The notes beneath the pieces were generated by a model. That model searched no databases. It was not told the DNA's origin and saw nothing but the letters and a program-made list of their open reading frames with translations. Positions 1 to 10,667 of a stretch of 64,000 nucleotides of DNA are shown here, in pieces. The stretch is taken from sequence record SRR31156797_2820, one strand, 5' to 3'. The first letter of the stretch is position 1. Every line of letters begins with the position of its first letter. The position numbers and the translations under genes were made by a program.

Positions 1-71
1 CTTCTTTTTGAGTGAGAAACATTGTTCCCAACCATTACGCTCTTTCCAGTAATTTGACAAACTCTTGACAT
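1..71 (-). CDS. rpmB: 50S ribosomal protein L28 (5' part; runs off the window edge)
   Basis: Manual translation from the ATG at 71 gives [23 protein letters not shown]..., the typical bL28 N-terminus; not in the ORF track. Confidence 0.93.
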   Translation of the reverse strand, partial: MSRVCQITGKSVMVGNNVSHSKR

Positions 72-300
72 AGTCCAGATTATTTTTTTCCTTAAACGCT
101 TTTCAAACAGGTCGCAAAATACGTAATAATTTTCTAAAAAATCAAATATTATTACAACTTTTTACAGATATATTTTCAGACCGAATTAAATCCTTAATCC
201 TTGATGAAATCAAAGAAAAGTTCATTTTCAATAATTGCATTCTTACAAACAATATGTTCTTTTTTCGGATTATCTCTTAAACTCGCAGTCTCAACAGTAC

Positions 301-337
301 AAAAATAAAAAAATCCCTCCTAAAACAGGAGGGATTT
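301..337 (-). terminator. Intrinsic terminator downstream of the YitT gene
   Basis: Inverted repeat aaatccctcct-aaaac-aggagggattt preceded by an A-run (U-tract on the minus strand). Confidence 0.8.
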
Positions 338-359
338 CAAACATATCTCGTAAATATCT

Positions 360-1268
360 TTACTCTTCTTCTTCATTAAGAGATTTGAAACCTTTACCGA
401 TAATTTCATTTGCCTCCGTTACATTCACAAATGCATCAGGATCAACATTTTTAACGTGTAATTTCAAAATCTCCAACTCTCTACGACTCATTACCGAATA
501 AACCATTTTTTTCTGTTCTCCTGAATATCCTCCAGTTCCAGTTAAAATAGTAACACCTCTTTTTAGATCATTTTTAATCTTATCAGAAATTGATTCATAA
601 TTATCTGAAACAATCATTACAGTTTTGTGATAGTTTGCTCCACTTACAACCATATCGATAATCTTACCTTCAATATAGATAATAATTAATGAATAAATTG
701 CAAACTCCCAACCAATAGCTCCTGTTTCGGTTGGCTGAACTAATGTAAACAATACAATAATACCATCAACAATCATTACCAATTTACCAAGAGATAATTT
801 GGTAAATTTCGCCAAAATCATTGCAATAATATCCGAACCACCAGATGTTGCTCTAGACTTAAAGATCATACCAATGGCAATACCATAAAATACACCTGCC
901 ACAATAGTATTAAGCATTGGATCAGCGATCACTTTAGGGTAACCTGGAACAACGTACGTTTCCATTATCCATACCGTAACTAAAATTATTGCAATACTTA
1001 CAATGGTTTTTATTCCAAATCGTGGACCTAAGATAATAGTACCTATAATTACCAAGGGTATCTCCATGGCAAATGTACAATAACTAATTTTCCAGCTAAA
1101 CAAAGTGTTTAAAACTGTTGCAATACCGTATACCCCACCCGGAGCCAATTTGTAAGGAACAACAAATAGGATGTCCGAAACAGCAAAAATAATACTACCT
1201 ACAATTAGGTATGCATAAGCGCTTATCCATTCGTTTGACAAGAACTTTTCTTTTGTGATAAAAGCCAT
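360..1268 (-). CDS. YitT family membrane protein (DUF161/DUF2179)
   Basis: Multiple TM segments, LAPGGVYGI and ATSGGSDIIA motifs, C-terminal RGVTIL..G.GGYSG..K...DPDAFV domain. Confidence 0.9.
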   Translation of the reverse strand: MAFITKEKFLSNEWISAYAYLIVGSIIFAVSDILFVVPYKLAPGGVYGIATVLNTLFSWKISYCTFAMEIPLVIIGTIILGPRFGIKTIVSIAIILVTVWIMETYVVPGYPKVIADPMLNTIVAGVFYGIAIGMIFKSRATSGGSDIIAMILAKFTKLSLGKLVMIVDGIIVLFTLVQPTETGAIGWEFAIYSLIIIYIEGKIIDMVVSGANYHKTVMIVSDNYESISDKIKNDLKRGVTILTGTGGYSGEQKKMVYSVMSRRELEILKLHVKNVDPDAFVNVTEANEIIGKGFKSLNEEEE

Positions 1269-1636
1269 TTTTTAAATGTTAGTTTAAGTGTGTTTAAATT
1301 CGCCGACAAAAATAGATTCGCCCATTTTAATTCCAAGTTTTTTCTTCACTTTTCTCTCCTCCATAAGTATCTGAATATCTATACAAAAAGAAAGTTTGGC
1401 ATATTTTTTTTAGCAGGTTTATAAAATTTACTCCTAAAAGACGTCAAATTTTCACTTATGAAAATGGATAAAGAATTATTTCATTTGATTTTTACCAAAC
1501 TATATAATTCATTAGATTAGCTCAAAAAGCGCACTTATGTTTACTTATGTCAATCTCGCTATTTTAATTAGATTTCTCATTGAACAATTTTCTTCATGTT
1601 TGATGAAAACATCAACTACAAATTTATATAGGGCAC

Positions 1637-1664
1637 AAAAAAACCGCTCTCACATTGAGAACGG
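1637..1664 (-). terminator. Intrinsic terminator downstream of dcp
   Basis: Stem-loop ccgctctca-cat-tgagaacgg next to an A7 run. Confidence 0.65.
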
Positions 1665-1686
1665 CTCTACTATAATATATATGATC

Positions 1687-3717
1687 TTATTTTAGTCCAC
1701 TTCTTTTTAATAATGGCTCAATAGATGGTTCTTTACCTCTAAATTTTAAATAAAGATTCATTGGATGTTCACTCCCTCCCTTTTCCAGTACATTCTTACG
1801 AAATGAATCTGCAGTATTCTTATCATAAATACCATTTTCTTTAAAAGCTTCAAAGGCATCAGCATCCAGTACTTCTGCCCATTTATAACCATAGTATCCA
1901 GCAGCATATCCTCCAGCAAATATGTGAGAAAAGGAAGTACTCATGCAACTCTCTTGCACCAAATCAAACAATTCGGTTGATGCCATCGCTTCATCTTCAA
2001 ACTCAGAAACCGCTTTGGTAACAGGTTCTGTTACACTGTGCCAGGTCATATCATTTAAGCCGAAGCTAATCTGACGAACAAAGGAATATCCGCTTAAGAA
2101 ATTACCACTATCAATAATTTTCTGTACTAATTCTGCAGGAATTTTCTCACCAGTTTGATAATGTTCTGCCACTTCATCTAGCCATTCCTTACGGAAAGCA
2201 TAATTTTCCATAAACTGAGATGGTAGCTCTACAAAATCCCTAAATACATTGGTTCCTGATAATGCACTGTAGGTACACTTTGATAACATGCCATGAAGCG
2301 CATGACCAAATTCATGCAAAAATGTAGTCACCTCATTAAAAGTAAGCAGCGAAGGTTTTGTTTCTGTAGGTCGTGTAAAATTACAAACTATAGATATGTG
2401 TGGACGATGATCTTTTCCGTTTTTCAGGTACTGATCGGTAAAAGATGTCATCCATGCACCACCTTGTTTTGTGCTTCTAGGGTGAAAATCGGCATAGAAT
2501 AATGAAATAAATTCTCCTTCCAAATCGAATACTTCATAAACATCCACCTCTTTATGGTATTTAGAAATTTCAGTATTCAATTTAAACTCTAATCCATACA
2601 GTTTAGTTGCCAGATCAAAAATACCTTTCTTAACGCGATTCAATTCGAAATAAGGACGAGTAATTTCATCATTGATATCGTATTTCTCAGTTTTTAGTTT
2701 TTCTGCATAATAAGCCCAATCCCATCTTTGAAGATCGAAATCGGCACCAAGAGATTTTGCGTAATCCTGTAACTCCTGAAATTCCTCTTTTGCTTTTGGC
2801 ATTGATGCCTCTAAAAGCTCATTCAAAAATCCCAGTACTTTATCGGCAGATTTTGCCATTCTTTCCTCTAACACAAAATCAGCATAGCTATTGTAGCCTA
2901 ACAATTTCACCTTCTCTAATCGTAACTCAACAATACGTTGAATCACTTTTTGATTGTCAAATTCATCATTAAAACATCGCGAAGAATAGGCTCTAAACAT
3001 TTGTTCTCTCAATTCGCGTCTATCCGCATATTGCATAAAGGGCACATAGCTTGGAAATTGCAAATTAAACAGCCATCCATTCTTCTCTTTTTCCTTAGCT
3101 AAGCCTTGTGCTCCCTCTAAAATTCCCTCAGGCAATCCTGCAACATCCTTTTTATTCGTTAAATGAAGTTCGTATTTGTTGGTTGCTGCTAACACATTTT
3201 CACCAAACTGAAGAGTTAATTTCGACAATTCTTTAGAGATTGCTCGAATCTTTTCTTTCTTATCTTTATCTAAATCTGCACCTGATCTAACAAATGACTT
3301 GTAACGATCCGTCAAAAGTCTTTCTTGCTCTACATTTAAACTGAAGTTAGATTTATTCTCATATACCGATTTTACTCGCAAGAACAAGCTCTCATTCATG
3401 ATGATATCGTTTGAGAACTCTGTCAACATTGGAGAAACCTCTCTGGCAAGAGCTTGCATTTCATCATTGGTATGTGCATGATTCAAATTGAAAAATACTG
3501 ATCCAACCCGATCCAATTGATGCCCCGAGTATTCCAAAGCCTCTATGGTATTTGTAAAATCAGGCTTCTCATTACTATTTGCAATAAAATCGATTTCTTC
3601 TCTTGCCTTTTCAATACTTTCTTTAAACGCTGGCATGTAATGCTCCAATTCAATCTTCTCAAATGGAACAGATTCGTATGGTGTTGTAAAATCTTTTAAT
3701 AAAGGATTTGTACTCAT
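1687..3717 (-). CDS. dcp: M3 family metallopeptidase (peptidyl-dipeptidase Dcp/oligopeptidase A)
   Basis: FLHEFGHALH zinc motif, DFVELPSQFMEN, HIFAGGYAAGYYGYKWAEVLDADAF; 676 aa. Confidence 0.92.
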   Translation of the reverse strand: MSTNPLLKDFTTPYESVPFEKIELEHYMPAFKESIEKAREEIDFIANSNEKPDFTNTIEALEYSGHQLDRVGSVFFNLNHAHTNDEMQALAREVSPMLTEFSNDIIMNESLFLRVKSVYENKSNFSLNVEQERLLTDRYKSFVRSGADLDKDKKEKIRAISKELSKLTLQFGENVLAATNKYELHLTNKKDVAGLPEGILEGAQGLAKEKEKNGWLFNLQFPSYVPFMQYADRRELREQMFRAYSSRCFNDEFDNQKVIQRIVELRLEKVKLLGYNSYADFVLEERMAKSADKVLGFLNELLEASMPKAKEEFQELQDYAKSLGADFDLQRWDWAYYAEKLKTEKYDINDEITRPYFELNRVKKGIFDLATKLYGLEFKLNTEISKYHKEVDVYEVFDLEGEFISLFYADFHPRSTKQGGAWMTSFTDQYLKNGKDHRPHISIVCNFTRPTETKPSLLTFNEVTTFLHEFGHALHGMLSKCTYSALSGTNVFRDFVELPSQFMENYAFRKEWLDEVAEHYQTGEKIPAELVQKIIDSGNFLSGYSFVRQISFGLNDMTWHSVTEPVTKAVSEFEDEAMASTELFDLVQESCMSTSFSHIFAGGYAAGYYGYKWAEVLDADAFEAFKENGIYDKNTADSFRKNVLEKGGSEHPMNLYLKFRGKEPSIEPLLKRSGLK

Positions 3718-3744
3718 AATAGGATTCTATTTATAATTTATACA

Positions 3745-3752
3745 CAAATATA
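3745..3752 (-). promoter_or_regulatory. Bacteroidota sigma-A -7 element for dcp
   Basis: TATATTTG on the minus strand (matches TAnnTTTG), about 30 nt upstream of the ATG. Confidence 0.6.
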
Positions 3753-3860
3753 GAAAACGTCTATGATTAAACACTCATTATAATCCATGACATAAAAAAA
3801 AGTCAATCAAGCACGATTTATTTTAATAATTATCATCTATTTCACACAAGTATGCTGATT

Positions 3861-3878
3861 ACATGACATTTGTCATGT
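3861..3878. promoter_or_regulatory. Palindromic candidate transcription-factor site in the dcp/proB divergent region
   Basis: ACATGACA-TT-TGTCATGT, perfect 8-2-8 inverted repeat. Confidence 0.45.
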
Positions 3879-3974
3879 TTTGAGAATCTTGATTTTCCTC
3901 ACCGAAAACCTTTCCGAAGGATCTTCAACCAACACAATATCAGCACTCAACGAAATTACTTCGGAAATATATGC

Positions 3975-3982
3975 TATATTTG
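3975..3982 (+). promoter_or_regulatory. Sigma-A -7 element upstream of the proB leader
   Basis: TATATTTG matches TAnnTTTG. Confidence 0.55.
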
Positions 3983-4023
3983 AAACAAGTTAAGGGGGAA
4001 ATTAACGAAACAAACCTTATACA

Positions 4024-4155
4024 ATGAAAAGAAAGTATAAATTCATTAGCAAAACTAAAGATTATTCGATATGCCGCTTTATCGAGATATTGTTAGGTAC
4101 TTTCACTTCTAATCCCTATTTACTTATCACACTTCATCCCGTTAGGGTATCTTAA
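4024..4155 (+). CDS. Putative 43-aa uORF/leader peptide upstream of proB
   Basis: ATG..TAA frame MKRKYKFISKTKDYSICRFIEILLGTFTSNPYLLITLHPVRVS lying between the -7 element and proB; A-rich start context. Confidence 0.35.
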   Translation: MKRKYKFISKTKDYSICRFIEILLGTFTSNPYLLITLHPVRVS

Positions 4156-4293
4156 TTATTGTACAACTTAAAGTTGTGCTAAAGAACTCAGGGTCTTTAT
4201 CTCTATAAAAGAGCAACTAACAAATTATTAGTAATTAAATTTCAGGTGAATCATCAGGATTTATCCTAAAATTCCTATACCCAAATAAATCAG

Positions 4294-5364
4294 ATGAAGA
4301 AAATTTGTATTAAAATAGGTTCCAATGTATTAACAACAGAAACAGGCGAACTACACAAAAAAAGAATCAAGAATATCGTCTATCAAATTTCAGAGCTTCG
4401 AAAGAAAAATGTTCAATGTATTTTAGTGTCTTCTGGTGCTGTTGCTGCAGGTAGAAGTAAAGTTAAATTATCCGATAAGATGGACACAATATCTGCCAGA
4501 CAAATCTGGTCTTCCGTTGGACAGGTAGAATTACTGAATGTTTATTCTTCATTTTTGAAGGAATACAACATTGAATGTGCTCAGGTTTTAGTAACGAAAG
4601 AAGATTTTCGTACCAGAGAACACTACTTGAACATGAAAAACTGTATTGACTCTCTATTACAAAACGGCATTTTGCCAATTATCAATGAAAATGACGCAGT
4701 GTCGGTAACTGCACTAATGTTCACAGATAATGATGAACTATCAGGTCTTATTGCATCCATGATGAACGCTGAAGCTTTATACTTACTCAGCAATATCAAT
4801 GGAATCTATACAGGAAATCCTGATGATGCTAATTCTACTTTGCTTAGTTCCGTAAACGGAAATATGAATAAATTAAAACAATACATTACCACTCAGAAAT
4901 CAAACTTTGGTAGAGGAGGAATGCTTACTAAGTGCAGTATTGCTGGAAGAGTTGCAAAATCAGGTATTGGTGTCCATATTGCTAATGGTATGATTGACAA
5001 TATTGTTCTTCAACTTATAAATTCACCTAATAGTGTAAAACACACCAAATTTACCGCAAGTAAAAAAGCTTCAACTGTAAAACAATGGCTGGCAGGTTCG
5101 GATGGCTTCGAGAAGGCTAAAATTACAATAAATGCTGGTGCTGAAGATGCTTTATCCTCAGATAAAGCAAGCAGTCTGTTGCCAATTGGAGTTATTGATA
5201 TAAAGGGCAGCTTTGAGAAAGGTGACATTGTAAAATTAGTAAATGCGAAAGGTGATGTTTTAGGGCTTGGTAAAACTTCGTACAATAAAACCAAAGCAAA
5301 AGGATATCTTGGTAAATCCGGGGCAAAACCATTGGTTCATTACGATTATCTATTTTTGTATTAA
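4294..5364 (+). CDS. proB: Glutamate 5-kinase
   Basis: IKIGSNVLT, VSSGAVAAG, PIINENDAV, FTDNDELS, GRGGMLTK motifs plus C-terminal PUA domain. Confidence 0.96.
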   Translation: MKKICIKIGSNVLTTETGELHKKRIKNIVYQISELRKKNVQCILVSSGAVAAGRSKVKLSDKMDTISARQIWSSVGQVELLNVYSSFLKEYNIECAQVLVTKEDFRTREHYLNMKNCIDSLLQNGILPIINENDAVSVTALMFTDNDELSGLIASMMNAEALYLLSNINGIYTGNPDDANSTLLSSVNGNMNKLKQYITTQKSNFGRGGMLTKCSIAGRVAKSGIGVHIANGMIDNIVLQLINSPNSVKHTKFTASKKASTVKQWLAGSDGFEKAKITINAGAEDALSSDKASSLLPIGVIDIKGSFEKGDIVKLVNAKGDVLGLGKTSYNKTKAKGYLGKSGAKPLVHYDYLFLY

Positions 5365-5442
5365 CGAAGCATCAATGTCATCCATCCATCACATTGAATG
5401 ATAAATACAAGAAATTACTTCATCTTTTAAATTAACTGAAAT

Positions 5443-6690
5443 ATGACTACTCAAGATCAACTCCTTAAAATAAAAGAAGCTGCTCGAAGCATGCCATCAA
5501 TTGACAAGGAAACAACAAACAAAGTACTTTTAGCCATTGCACAAGCTATAAAAAATGCCTCGGAAGAAATTTTAAAGGCAAACACAAAAGATTTGGATAG
5601 GATGTCTCCTGATGATCCAAAATACGATCGTCTTCTTTTAAATAAGGAACGAATTGATGGGATTGCCACCGATATTGAAAACACAACAAAACTTCCATCT
5701 CCAATTGGACAAATCTTATCTGAGAAAACTTTGGAAAATGGCTTATTGATAAAAAAAATAAGTGTTGCTTTAGGTGTTGTTGGTGTAATTTATGAAGCAA
5801 GACCCAATGTAACTTTAGATGTTTTTGCGCTGTGTTTAAAATCTGGCAATGCTTGCGTATTAAAAGGTGGTAGCGATGCGATGTACTCGAACAATGCAAT
5901 AGCAAAGGTAATTAGAGATACTTTGAGTGGTATGGATATTAATCCTGACATTATTCAATTGTTAAATCCGGATCGTGAAGCTACAAATGAACTAATGAAT
6001 GCCGTAGGCTTTGTTGATGTCTTAATTCCACGAGGTTCTCAGAATTTAATCAATTCAGTTAGAGAAAATTCAAAGATTCCTGTAATTGAAACTGGTGCTG
6101 GAATTGTACATACGTATTTCGATAAATTTGGTGATTTGGAGAAAGGAAAAAACATTGTTTTTAATGCTAAAACACGCCGCGTAAGCGTTTGTAATGCCTT
6201 GGATTGCCTTATCGTCCATAAAGACAGACTAACTGACTTGCCCGCTCTTGTAAATCAGTTACAAGATAAAGAAGTTACTATCTACGCCGATGAATCAGCC
6301 TACAAGGCTATTCAGAATACTTATCCTGAATCATTTCTAGAGAAAGCAAATACAGAATCCTTTGGTACCGAGTTTTTAAGTTATAAAATATCGATTAAAA
6401 CAGTTGACAACTTAAAGGGTGCATTAGATCACATTTACAAGTACAGTTCAAAACACAGCGAAGCTATTATTAGCGAAGATGAAAACAATATAAACACCTT
6501 CTATTCAGTAGTTGATGCTGCATCTATTTATTGTAATACTTCAACTGCTTTTACCGATGGTGCTCAATTCGGATTAGGTGCGGAAATTGGTATAAGCACG
6601 CAAAAATTGCATGCAAGAGGTCCAATGGCACTAGAAGAATTGACCTCTTACAAATGGTTGATAAGTGGAGATGGGCAAATCAGAGACTAG
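5443..6690 (+). CDS. proA: Gamma-glutamyl phosphate reductase
   Basis: [53 protein letters not shown]. Confidence 0.97.
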   Translation: MTTQDQLLKIKEAARSMPSIDKETTNKVLLAIAQAIKNASEEILKANTKDLDRMSPDDPKYDRLLLNKERIDGIATDIENTTKLPSPIGQILSEKTLENGLLIKKISVALGVVGVIYEARPNVTLDVFALCLKSGNACVLKGGSDAMYSNNAIAKVIRDTLSGMDINPDIIQLLNPDREATNELMNAVGFVDVLIPRGSQNLINSVRENSKIPVIETGAGIVHTYFDKFGDLEKGKNIVFNAKTRRVSVCNALDCLIVHKDRLTDLPALVNQLQDKEVTIYADESAYKAIQNTYPESFLEKANTESFGTEFLSYKISIKTVDNLKGALDHIYKYSSKHSEAIISEDENNINTFYSVVDAASIYCNTSTAFTDGAQFGLGAEIGISTQKLHARGPMALEELTSYKWLISGDGQIRD

Positions 6691-6718
6691 AATAAATCAT
6701 ATATTCAGCTAATAGCTT

Positions 6719-6754
6719 AAAAAGGAGATGAAGTATACTTTATCTCCTTTTTTT
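6719..6754 (+). terminator. Intrinsic terminator after proBA
   Basis: aaaaaggagatgaag-tata-ctttatctccttttttt hairpin with U-tract. Confidence 0.8.
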
Positions 6755-6799
6755 GCGGAAAAATTTGAACATATCGCTGCAATTGATTGTTTTCCCTAT

Positions 6800-8116
6800 A
6801 TGAAAGAAAAGTACTCTCTATTTTGGTTCAGACGTGATTTAAGACTCAAGGATAATGCAGCATTACATCATGCTATAAAATCTGGAAAACGGGTTTTATG
6901 TCTGTTCATTTTTGATACTGAGATATTAGATCAATTAGATCGCAATGATGATACGCGAGTAAGCTTTATTCACAAACAACTCCAAAAAATTAACCAACAA
7001 TTGATCAATTTGGGTAGTAGATTAATTGTGAAAAACGGTGCGGTTTTGTCCTGTTTTCAGGAATTTTCGCAAGAGTATTCGATAGCGAATGTCTACACTA
7101 ACAAAGACTATGAGCCATTCGCTATTGCGCGAGACCAACTCATTTCTGATTATCTAAAAACTCAGAATATTGGATATCATGAATTTAAAGATCATGTAAT
7201 CTTCGAAAAAGGGGAAGTTACTAAGAAAGATGGTCTTCCTTACACTGTTTATACGCCTTACATGAAAAAATGGAGGGAAAATTTCTCATCGGAGTTAAGC
7301 AAAGAATACGATGTACAATTGCAAAAAGAAAATTTTGCACCTCTCCCACCAATGGATATTCCAAACCTTGAATCCATAGGTTTTATTAAAAGTGAATTGC
7401 CAATTCCCGAATATGATTTATCAGCTGAAACGCTTTACAACTATAAATTATTACGTGATTTTCCCTCAAAAAATGCAACATCTAAACTAGGAATACATCT
7501 TAGGTTTGGTACTATTAGTATTCGTCAGGCTGTATCCATAGCAAAATCCGGAAACGATCAATTTTTAAATGAATTGATATGGCGTGAATTCTTCATGCAA
7601 ATCCTGGCTAATTTTCCGTATGTGGAAACCTCTTGTTTTAAAAAGAAATACGAAAGTATAAAATGGAGAAATAATGAAACTGAGTTTGAACTTTGGTGCA
7701 ATGGACAAACTGGATATCCCATGGTAGATGCAGGAATGCGAGAATTAAATGCTACAGGAAATATGCATAATAGAGTAAGAATGGTAGTAGCGAGCTTTTT
7801 ATGTAAGCATTTGTTAATAGATTGGCGTTGGGGTGAAGCCTACTTTGCAAATCATCTTTTAGACTATGAACAAGCTTCAAATAATGGAAACTGGCAATGG
7901 GCAGCTGGCTGTGGTTGTGATGCTGCGCCCTATTTTCGGATTTTCAACCCTTACGAGCAGACGAAACGTTTCGATTCCAATCAGGAGTACATTCGTAAAT
8001 GGATTCCTGAAATAGATACAAATAAATACCCAAAAGCAATTGTAGAGCATAAATTTGCCAGACAAAGAGCTCTTGATACCTACTCCAAAGCCTTAAAAAA
8101 AGAAGTGAATATATAA
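6800..8116 (+). CDS. phrB: Class I CPD DNA photolyase (cryptochrome/photolyase family)
   Basis: FWFRRDLRLKDN, TSKLGIHLRFGTIS, GQTGYPMVDAGMREL..TG.MHNRVRM, NNGNWQWAAG; start moved to the ATG at 6800 because the 6728 ATG lies inside the terminator. Confidence 0.92.
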   Translation: MKEKYSLFWFRRDLRLKDNAALHHAIKSGKRVLCLFIFDTEILDQLDRNDDTRVSFIHKQLQKINQQLINLGSRLIVKNGAVLSCFQEFSQEYSIANVYTNKDYEPFAIARDQLISDYLKTQNIGYHEFKDHVIFEKGEVTKKDGLPYTVYTPYMKKWRENFSSELSKEYDVQLQKENFAPLPPMDIPNLESIGFIKSELPIPEYDLSAETLYNYKLLRDFPSKNATSKLGIHLRFGTISIRQAVSIAKSGNDQFLNELIWREFFMQILANFPYVETSCFKKKYESIKWRNNETEFELWCNGQTGYPMVDAGMRELNATGNMHNRVRMVVASFLCKHLLIDWRWGEAYFANHLLDYEQASNNGNWQWAAGCGCDAAPYFRIFNPYEQTKRFDSNQEYIRKWIPEIDTNKYPKAIVEHKFARQRALDTYSKALKKEVNI

Positions 8117-8255
8117 ATTGATAAATCACGAATAATATTTTAACTACCTCTTGCAATTAAACTTACCTCACCTAAGGTAAACTATCCGTTTATCCTGATG
8201 TTAAATTTATTCTGTCATTTTATTCTATAGATCTTAAAATAAATTTAACTTGCCT

Positions 8256-8284
8256 TGTAACCATTCCAATATTCCCGGGTAACC
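8256..8284 (+). promoter_or_regulatory. Candidate autoregulatory ECF promoter
   Basis: TGTAACC (-35-like, AAC core) followed by ...CGGGTAACC about 45-70 nt upstream of the ECF gene; inferred from the general ECF AAC pattern. Confidence 0.4.
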
Positions 8285-8328
8285 AATACAGAAGGACAAA
8301 CAAAAAACACTATACAATTCAATTTATT

Positions 8329-8871
8329 GTGAAGAAACTCAATGATGAACAATTAATGATTTTGGTAAAATCGGGTGAATTAAATGCATTGTCGCCTTTG
8401 TTCGAGAAATACCATGTTAAACTTTACAATTTCTTTCTGAGGCTTACGAAAAATCGTTCAGTCAGTGAAGATCTTGTTCAGTCGGTATTTCGAAGGATTT
8501 TATCTTACCGAAAGAGTTACAATGAAGAACATCTATTCAAATCCTGGATGTATCAAATTGCAAGAAATGCTCACGCCAATCATTATCGCGACAACAAAAT
8601 ACAAATTTCAGACTATGATGATCCAGAACATATTCAAGTTGAAAGCGATTCGGCTGTCGAAGAAATGGAGTTAGAATCTAGAAAAAAGACTTTATACGAA
8701 GCTCTGAATGGATTGCAAGCTGAGCAAAAGGAAATCATTGAATTGAGTCGCTTTCAAGGATTAAAATACAGAGAAATTGCAGAAATTACTGGCTTCTCGG
8801 AAAATGCGGTTAAAGTAAAAGTACACCGGGCTTTAAATAAGCTAAGAAAACTTTATTTCGAACTTGCTTAA
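8329..8871 (+). CDS. ECF RNA polymerase sigma-70 factor
   Basis: SEDLVQSVF and FKSWMYQIARN (region 2); GLKYREIAEITG.SENAVKVKVHRA (region 4). Confidence 0.93.
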   Translation: MKKLNDEQLMILVKSGELNALSPLFEKYHVKLYNFFLRLTKNRSVSEDLVQSVFRRILSYRKSYNEEHLFKSWMYQIARNAHANHYRDNKIQISDYDDPEHIQVESDSAVEEMELESRKKTLYEALNGLQAEQKEIIELSRFQGLKYREIAEITGFSENAVKVKVHRALNKLRKLYFELA

Positions 8872-8882
8872 AAGATAATAAA

Positions 8883-9680
8883 ATGGAATGCAAATATATC
8901 AACGACCTTTTGGTCGAATACATAGAAAACGATCTTAACGAGAGGCAAACAAAAGAGGTGGAAAACCATCTTACTTCTTGCGAACATTGTAGAAATGAAT
9001 ACGAATTGACCAAACAATTCCTATCAGACATCAACTCTACTGAAGATGAATTGCCATCCTCTAATATAAAAGAGAATTTTAATCAGATGTTGAAAGATGA
9101 GAAAATGCATCAAAATGCGATCACTTTCAAAACTGAGAATAAAAATAATGGCTATAAATTCGGTGAATTTCTAAAGTATGCTGCCTTAATTATCATCATA
9201 TTCGGAATTGGCGTACTACTTGGTAAAAACATGGGGCAATCAACGGATCAGTCTATGGAAATCGCTAAACTTCAGAATGATTTAAATAAGATGAATCAAA
9301 ACCTCACACTTGCTACCTTAAAACAACCAACAAGTAGTCAAAGACTTAAAGCTGTCAATTTACTTGAAGAACATTCACATGCTGATGATAAGGTTTTATC
9401 GATTCTTGTACAAACACTGCAAAGCGATGCCAATGTTAACGTCAGAATGGCTGCAGCAAATGCTTTAATGAAATTTTCAAATGATCCATTAGTGAAAAAT
9501 GCTTTTCTAGAAGCTTTGAAAAATCAGAAGGAACCTTCTTTACAGATAACTCTAATCAATATTTTAGTTAACCTACAAGATGAACGTGCCAAAGATCTTC
9601 TACAGGATATCTTTACAGAAGAGAATAACCTGCCTGTGGTACGAGAATTGGCAAAAGAAGGAATTAAAGTTTTTATCTAA
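8883..9680 (+). CDS. Anti-sigma factor (zf-HC2 ZAS domain, one TM helix, periplasmic HEAT repeat)
   Basis: HLTSCEHC (HxxxCxxC), TM segment YAALIIIIFGIGVLLG, D.NVNVRMAAANAL HEAT-like motif; directly follows the ECF gene. Confidence 0.85.
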   Translation: MECKYINDLLVEYIENDLNERQTKEVENHLTSCEHCRNEYELTKQFLSDINSTEDELPSSNIKENFNQMLKDEKMHQNAITFKTENKNNGYKFGEFLKYAALIIIIFGIGVLLGKNMGQSTDQSMEIAKLQNDLNKMNQNLTLATLKQPTSSQRLKAVNLLEEHSHADDKVLSILVQTLQSDANVNVRMAAANALMKFSNDPLVKNAFLEALKNQKEPSLQITLINILVNLQDERAKDLLQDIFTEENNLPVVRELAKEGIKVFI

Positions 9681-9746
9681 AAAAATATAATACACAGTAA
9701 TAGCCGGCTGAACTATTAATTACAAATCCAAAAAGAATTAAAAATT

Positions 9747-10538
9747 ATGAATACATTAAATAAGATTCTCATCATTTGTTTCCTGATTACGGGAGTGTCA
9801 AATTTGAACGCACAAAAACTCAATTTCGATATTAAAACTGGTGATCAGGTATGTATCACCAATGTTTTAGGAGAAATAAAGGTTGAAGAACACAGTGGCT
9901 CTGAAATTATAGTAGAAACAAACTATAAGAAGCAAATTCCTGCCAGAGCGAAAGGATTAAAGGCAATCTATAGCAATGGTCTAGATGATAACACCAACAT
10001 TGGTATCAATTCGTCAAAAGAAGGAAAAGTGCTGACCTTAACAGGACTTGGAAAAGAGACAAAACACAAAAATTACCTTTTTAAAATCCCCAAAGGTGTA
10101 AATCTAAAAATAGATTGTAAGAGTCCATTTGCTTCTGCAAATCCGATTGTGGTCCGTAACTTCAGTTCAGAAATTGAAATCAGCACCTTAATGCCTAGCG
10201 TTAGACTTGATCAAATTACAGGTCCTGTAATCTTAGATTTAATTAATGGAAATGTAGATATTGTCTTTAGTAAATTGGATCAGAAAAGTCCTGTATCTAT
10301 TTCTGCTATTAATGGTAACGTTGATATAACCATGCCTTCGGAAACTTCAGCGAATTTAGAGCTAAGCAGTATTAATGGTGAATTTTATACCGATTTTGAT
10401 ATCAAAATGGATCAAAAAGAGAAGAAAGGTTTATCCTATGCAGGTGGAGGCAACAAAATTAAGACACAAATAAATGGTGGCGGAGCAAAATTCGCTGTAA
10501 AAACCATTAACAACAACATCTATTTAAGAAAAAAATAG
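9747..10538 (+). CDS. DUF4097 family (adhesin-like beta-repeat) exported protein
   Basis: Signal peptide; repeated INGNVDI/SINGEFYTDF units; C-terminal INGGG...KTINNNIYLRKK. Confidence 0.8.
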   Translation: MNTLNKILIICFLITGVSNLNAQKLNFDIKTGDQVCITNVLGEIKVEEHSGSEIIVETNYKKQIPARAKGLKAIYSNGLDDNTNIGINSSKEGKVLTLTGLGKETKHKNYLFKIPKGVNLKIDCKSPFASANPIVVRNFSSEIEISTLMPSVRLDQITGPVILDLINGNVDIVFSKLDQKSPVSISAINGNVDITMPSETSANLELSSINGEFYTDFDIKMDQKEKKGLSYAGGGNKIKTQINGGGAKFAVKTINNNIYLRKK

Positions 10539-10667
10539 AGCCTACGGCTGCTTCGGATCCTCTTTTTCATTCTGCTGAATCCATACAACAGAGCTTTGCT
10601 TAAGAAATGATATTTTCCCTTGCAGCCATTTTTATGCCCTTTTGTTAACAGTTAAAATAGAATCATA

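Noticed and set aside
6728-6799. N-terminal extensions given by the ORF track (also fldA 27019-27078, hemA 62194-62259, rel 50706-50735, GldM-like 28623-28646)
   Set aside because: They overlap terminators or promoter elements, or precede the family-typical N-terminus; downstream ATGs fit better
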